DNA of 26,615 bases from Octopus sinensis (Eukaryota): NCBI RefSeq assembly GCF_006345805.1, contig NW_021836642.1, positions 1 through 26,615 on the forward strand, written 5' to 3'. A program made the translations under genes and the position numbers. Below, piece by piece: positions 21,543 through 26,615 of the stretch. Numbering within the stretch: position 1 is the first letter of the stretch; the number at the start of each line of letters is the position of its first letter. Below the pieces are notes generated by a model. That model searched no databases and was not told where the DNA came from. It was given only the letters and a program-made list of their open reading frames with translations.

Positions 21543-22988
21543 TACAGTTTCTTCCCCAAAAGATGTATACACACACAGATCGATTATAAAACAAGCGTTT
21601 ATTAAAATACATTTCAGTTTCCAAATTTAATATAAAATATAGACAGAATTTGATTTCATTTTGAACCCCTGTTTTGAAGCTGTTGGTGCTTCTTCTCCGG
21701 GTATAGCTAATAACGCGAGCTATGGCATCGCAAACATCTAGAAACATTTCGTTCGGTATTTGTGCGTGTTTTCGCTTGTTGGTTGTCTTAAGTTTGTTGA
21801 CTATCACCGATTTTGTATCGTAATTTTTGTCTTCTGTCTATCCCTATGGATCAATTTAGTGGCGTCATCTCGGGTGAGCGCGAAGTGCAGGCGTCTGTAA
21901 ATCTCCGCGCAATCCACTTGTTTGGTAAAATATCAAATTAGGCCGTTACATTCTCACGATAGCGTGTTTGTTGGGCTGAGTTGTGCCCTCTTGCTTGAAA
22001 TAAACTCCACATCTTTAAAGTTCCCTTCAATGTTTGTGGAAGTGTGATTGTCACAGCGGACTCAGGTATAGGGTACCGGTCAATATACGCTGAGAGAAAC
22101 TTGTATTCAGTCGTTTACGGCAACAAGAGTTCCTGTTGTTCCTATCAAGGAATAAACTGCTTGCGAAAGTCACGTGCAAGTGGCTGAGCACTCCACATAC
22201 ATGAGTATCATTAACAAGGTTCCCAGGGATATTCAAGGTAACACTGAATGTGACAAGGTTGGCCCTTGAAAATATGGGTACAAATAAGAATGGTCTTGTT
22301 CACCATGTTCATGATAAGCCTCTCAATACAGTAACACTTGGTAATTATCATGATAATCCTCTTTAACATGCGGGTTCGCAGTCCCCTCTTAATGCAACTA
22401 TTGCAGTTGGGCCATTTAATATAAAGGTAGCCTCTTCACTGCAGACAATTTTTGTTGCAAAGAGTACATTTTCTACGCATCTTACCAAGTACCCTTCCCA
22501 GAATTCCACTCATTGGTCTAGATCATCTTCATTAAGAGCATGGACTATTCTTGGAATGTTACTTTTCCAGTGACAAAGCTTGGAAATGCGATGAATACTT
22601 GATTATGAAATTCCCATTTCGTGACTCGCTTTACGTAAACATTTTCCTGAACCTTGACAATAGGTTTCTGGTACCCTTTCTTGCTTTGTAGGTCTCACCG
22701 ATCCGCAGTCTTCCAGAACGTTTGTTTGTGTATATTATGAAGAGTCCTCTTTTCAAACTTATGTCTAATTCGAGTGATAGTAAGCAATGTCGGTGGATGT
22801 TTGAAACTCGCTCCTCAACAGTATTTTAACTACGCTTTCAAACTTCTTGTGGCACTTAAAAATATATTTCCTTTTTCAACGATTAGTGTGAGTGCCTCCA
22901 ATATTTCAAATTGCTTAAATTTAAAAATGAAAATCAAGTTAGTTATGAGCTATTAAAATGTATATACATTTTTGGGAGGCGCCCTGTA
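21543..22988 (-). mobile_element. Near full-length decayed Tc1/mariner-superfamily transposon with a nested SINE fragment
   Basis: Remnant ORF ~22901 to ~21660: [92 protein letters not shown]. Degenerate TIRs TA|CAG..CCCAAAA..TGTATA at both ends, with TA flanks at 21543-44 and 22987-88. Confidence 0.8.
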
Positions 22989-23379
22989 TACACACACGCA
23001 CACGACCTTCTTTGATAAGGTTTCATTTCACATATAAGTGAAGAACTGAAATCAGAATATTAAAATATAGTCATTAAACCGTAAATTCACATTTCATAAA
23101 CCTGAGTATCACGTTTCCGATTCTCTAACAAAATCTGAACAACAAGGAAAATGAATGAATCTGTGGAAAACAATCGAAAACAAATCGAAAGATTTTGACG
23201 GTTACTTATATAACTGTATGTATGTATGTATGTATGTATGTATGTATGTATGTATGTATGTGTATGTATGTATGTATGTATGTATTTATGTATGTATCTG
23301 TAAATGTATGGACACGCATCGAAACATAGGAATATATATATTATATGTATGTATATATGTATTCATGCATGTATGTATG

Positions 23380-23466
<87 letters not shown>

Positions 23467-24062
23467 GTCTGTGGTGTGTGTGTGGGTGCATTGAATAAGA
23501 TACCTTGCGTGTATTGTGCATTTATATTAATTTAAACTAATTCTTCTAAAATTTCTTAAGATAATAATTTAAAATAATATTCCATTATAGAGGAATGCCA
23601 ACTCATTTTTCACTAATATGTTTAAAAATTATGAAAAAAAAACTTATATTCTATTATGAGGCTTCTTTTAATGACAAATATCTATGAAAATAAAGATGAT
23701 CTCCAACATAAATAATGGAAAGTAATTGAAAACAAATAAATAATACAGAATTCAGTAATAGATCATTAATATTATTGATTAATGATATTCTATAACATTA
23801 TTAAAATTATATAAATTTGTGTTCAGAAATGTAATTATAGGTTGTAATTTAAATCCATCATTTTACGGGTTCTAGGTAATGGCCAGCAACGAACAGATTA
23901 AAATGTTAGCGGCATATTTTGAATGAGCTAATAATCACAGCCTCGTACATCAATCAATAGTAAAACTGTTGCCGAGAGTATATGCCTTATAAACGCGTGG
24001 TTCAGTGCTCGATGCCTGTGCGTGGTTGAATATCTACTGCCATGTCAAGTAGTAAAATTTGG

Positions 24063-24479
24063 GGATCTTTTCGGTTTGACCGGTAGTTTTTAAAAATAAT
24101 TTCCACGTAACTAAACACTTTTAAACTTCGTATACTGGTAGAATGTGTTTATAAAACATCTTTTTCTCTTGGCTTTATTGAGAAAATTCTATAGGTTGTA
24201 AGATATTTGTTGTTTTTTTTCTTCAATTTCTGCAATTTCAACCAATAAATGATGTCTATTGAGGTGAAAACATTCTGTGCCGTATGAATATGTCCCTCGT
24301 TTAAGAAACAGATTGGGTTTATTTACATTTCTGAAGAAAAAAAAGATACCATTCCCCCCACCCCTAACCCTAACCCTAAAACAGATTGAAATGCAATAGA
24401 TCGATACTAGGGTTATAATTATGGGTGACAATTTCATATGACACCGCTAGAAAAACTGCCGGTCAAACCGAAAAGATCC
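24063..24479. mobile_element. 417-bp MITE with 29-bp TIRs and 8-bp TSD
   Basis: TIR GGATCTTTTCGGTTTGACCGG(T/C)AGTTTTT at 24063-24091 and 24451-24479 (28/29). TSD AAATTTGG at 24055-24062 and 24480-24487. Internal (CCCTAA)3 at 24362-24379. Confidence 0.9.
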
Positions 24480-24524
24480 AAATTTGGAAACTGTGCAGAA
24501 AGCCATCTTGTGTCTATGCATGTT

Positions 24525-24555
<31 letters not shown>

Positions 24556-24624
24556 TCACACACGCGCGCGTGCATATACAATGTTAATGCTTGTTTTTTT
24601 TATGTTTGGTTATAATGGTTTGAA

Positions 24625-24820
24625 ATTTTGGTACAAGGCCAGGAAGTTCCTGGGGGAAGGGATAAGTCGATTACATTGAACAGTCTTCAACTGGTATTTA
24701 ATTTATCGATCCTGAAAGAATGAAAGGCAAAGTTGACTTTGGCGATATTTGACCTCAGAACCTTAAGACAGACGAAAGCATTTTGCCCGTCCTGCTAACG
24801 ATTCTGCCAGCTCGCCGCCT
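24625..24820 (-). mobile_element. SINE family Z, diverged
   Basis: Ends GCTAACGATTCTGCCAGCTCGCCGCC, the reverse complement of the head at 25990. Confidence 0.8.
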
Positions 24821-24835
24821 TATTTTTAGTTATAA

Positions 24836-25043
24836 TCCTTTCTACTATTGACACAAGGTCTGGAATTTTGGGGTAGGTGGAGCTAGTAGATTATATCGAC
24901 TTCACTGCGTAATTGCTATTTATTTTATCGATCCCGAAAGGATAAAAGACAAAGAAGACCGCGGAGGAATTTGAACTCAGAGCGTAAAGACGGACGAAAT
25001 GCCGCTAAGCATTTTCCCGGCGTGCTAACGATTCTGCCAGCTC
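24836..25043 (-). mobile_element. SINE family Z, diverged, tandem with the previous copy
   Basis: GGAATTTGAACTCAGAGCG...CGTGCTAACGATTCTGCCAGCTC. Confidence 0.8.
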
Positions 25044-25202
25044 ACAGCATTATTTGTAGTTACAATAAAAGCAATTTTACATTAATATAATTTTGTAGCG
25101 TATGATTTTCTTCTTAAAAAATAATATTGACGACTGTGACTTCGAAGTTTAGACCAGTTAAGCCGATGTTGGATTGCAAACGATGGCAGACCGACAACAG
25201 CG

Positions 25203-25275
<73 letters not shown>

Positions 25276-25673
25276 TTGTTGTGTGTAGAAATCTTTTTAA
25301 ATTAACAAGATGGAATCAACAGATTTTAATAGCAAATCACAACAGATAAATCTGGGCATTGGTAACACGCATATGTGTGTTCGTATGTATATATATATGT
25401 GTGTGTGTGTGTGTTTATGTGTGTGTCTGTGTGTGTGTATGTGTGTGTGTGCGTGTGTGTGTGCGTGTGTGTATGTGTGTGTGAGAGAGAGAGAGTGTGA
25501 GTGTGTGTGTGTATGCGTGTGTGTATATCTTTGATTTATAGACATTATATTCCCGTCGAGGGAATAGTAAACAATTGTGACCTACAATGATTTAGAAGGA
25601 AAGATAAGAATTAATAACTACGAAGTCTTCGAAATTGTCATACAACTGAGAAGAAGACTGATTATATGGAGAA

Positions 25674-25722
25674 CTGTTGCAGACACGTGTTTCTGCTTTA
25701 GTTTTCATCATAAGCGCAGCAG
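25674..25722 (-). ncRNA. Possible decayed hammerhead-like motif
   Basis: Minus strand: CTGCTGCG-CTTATGA-TGAAAACTAAAGCA-GAAA-CACGTG-TC/TGCAACAG. One core mismatch and a poor stem II, but palindromic ACACGTGT and a GUC triplet. Confidence 0.35.
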
Positions 25723-25989
25723 TATGTCCCAATTTAACTGCGGCACGCACGAGATTATTTTACCATATATGTAGATAATATAATACAGTGAATTAGAAAA
25801 AAAAAGAACATGAATTAAGTGAAATTATCAATGTTGATAGATGCCAAAAATTTCATCTAAAATTGTTTAAAATCTGATACCAAGGGAATACTTAAAATTT
25901 TTGGAGAATAATATTGAAAACGACGCATTTAGGAATGACGCACACACACACACACACACATACACGCACACACATATATACAAATATAT

Positions 25990-26217
25990 GGCGGCGAGCT
26001 GGCAGAATCGTTAGCACGCCGGGCGAAATGCTTTGCGGTATTTCGTCTACCGCTACGTTCTGAGTTCAAATTCCGCCGAGGTCGACTTTGCCTTTTATCC
26101 TTTCGGGGTCGATAAATTAAGAACCAGTTACACACTGGGGTCGTTGTAATCGACTTAATTCGTTTATCTGTCCTTGTTTGTCCCCTCTATGTTTAGCCCC
26201 TTGTGGGTAATAAGAAA
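25990..26217 (+). mobile_element. Full-length SINE family Z with 18-bp TSD
   Basis: Head GGCGGCGAGCTGGCAGAATCGTTAGC; TSD ACATATATACAAATATAT at 25972-25989 and 26218-26235. Confidence 0.9.
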
Positions 26218-26288
26218 ACATATATACAAATATATACTAACGTACACATACACTTATATATCATACATTACATGTTTGTAATTAACAG

Positions 26289-26431
26289 GTTACCATGGTT
26301 ACCACTGTGAAATTCAGATCGACGAATGCGAATCGAATCCATGTCAACATGGCGGAAAATGTGAAGATTTACTGAACGGTTTCAAATGTCACTGCAAAGA
26401 CGGACACAGAGGAGATTTCTGCGAGATTAAA
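26289..26431 (+). CDS. Next visible coding exon, with a calcium-binding-type EGF domain
   Basis: Acceptor attaacag|GT, donor AAA|gtgaga, 143 nt, phase 1/0: (G)YHGYHCEIQIDECESNPCQHGGKCEDLLNGFKCHCKDGHRGDFCEIK. Completes the EGF left open by the previous exon (CYCIP-G-YHGYHCE). Matches the I-D-E-C and C-x-D-x4-F-x-C cbEGF patterns. Confidence 0.92.
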
Positions 26432-26615
26432 GTGAGATTTCATTCTTTATTCTTTACCACTTCCCTCCTGTCCTTCATCTCTTTCTCTCTTTCTCTCTGT
26501 ATTTCCACTTTATTTGTGTGTTTGTATGTGTGTGCGTGTGTGCGTGCGTGTGTATTGATGTGTCTGGGTATGAGATAAAAGTCAGTCGTCTATATTCAGT
26601 ATTAAGGTCACATGT

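Noticed and set aside
24362-24379. Telomere or chromosome-fusion scar
   Set aside because: Only three units, and they lie inside a TIR/TSD-bounded MITE.

Overview
AT-rich, microsatellite-saturated animal nuclear DNA. The SINE, (TA)n and (TAA)n landscape resembles octopod cephalopod genomes, but that is an inference and was not checked. The only host coding sequence I can support is two + strand exons (17349-17582 and 26289-26431) that splice in frame into tandem EGF-like repeats, so most of the window is probably intronic. The rest is mobile-element debris: three tRNA-derived SINE families, two decayed Tc1/mariner transposons, R4/Dong-like and RTE-like LINE fragments, a LINE ORF1 zinc-knuckle fragment, MITEs, and an unclassified ~420-bp element always embedded in (TAA)n. 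The most unusual signal is a set of up to seven type I hammerhead-ribozyme-like motifs. Four sit within 1.5 kb (7093-8579), in different small elements separated by (TA)n runs. One belongs to a 355-bp retrozyme/Penelope-like unit whose 5' boundary coincides with the predicted cleavage site, and three different elements share a CCGANGA core variant. All structures were paired by eye; no folding, search or activity data were available. Near-identical repeats differ mostly by homopolymer indels, so single-base calls may include long-read consensus errors. Nearly all ORFs in the supplied track are microsatellite artefacts.
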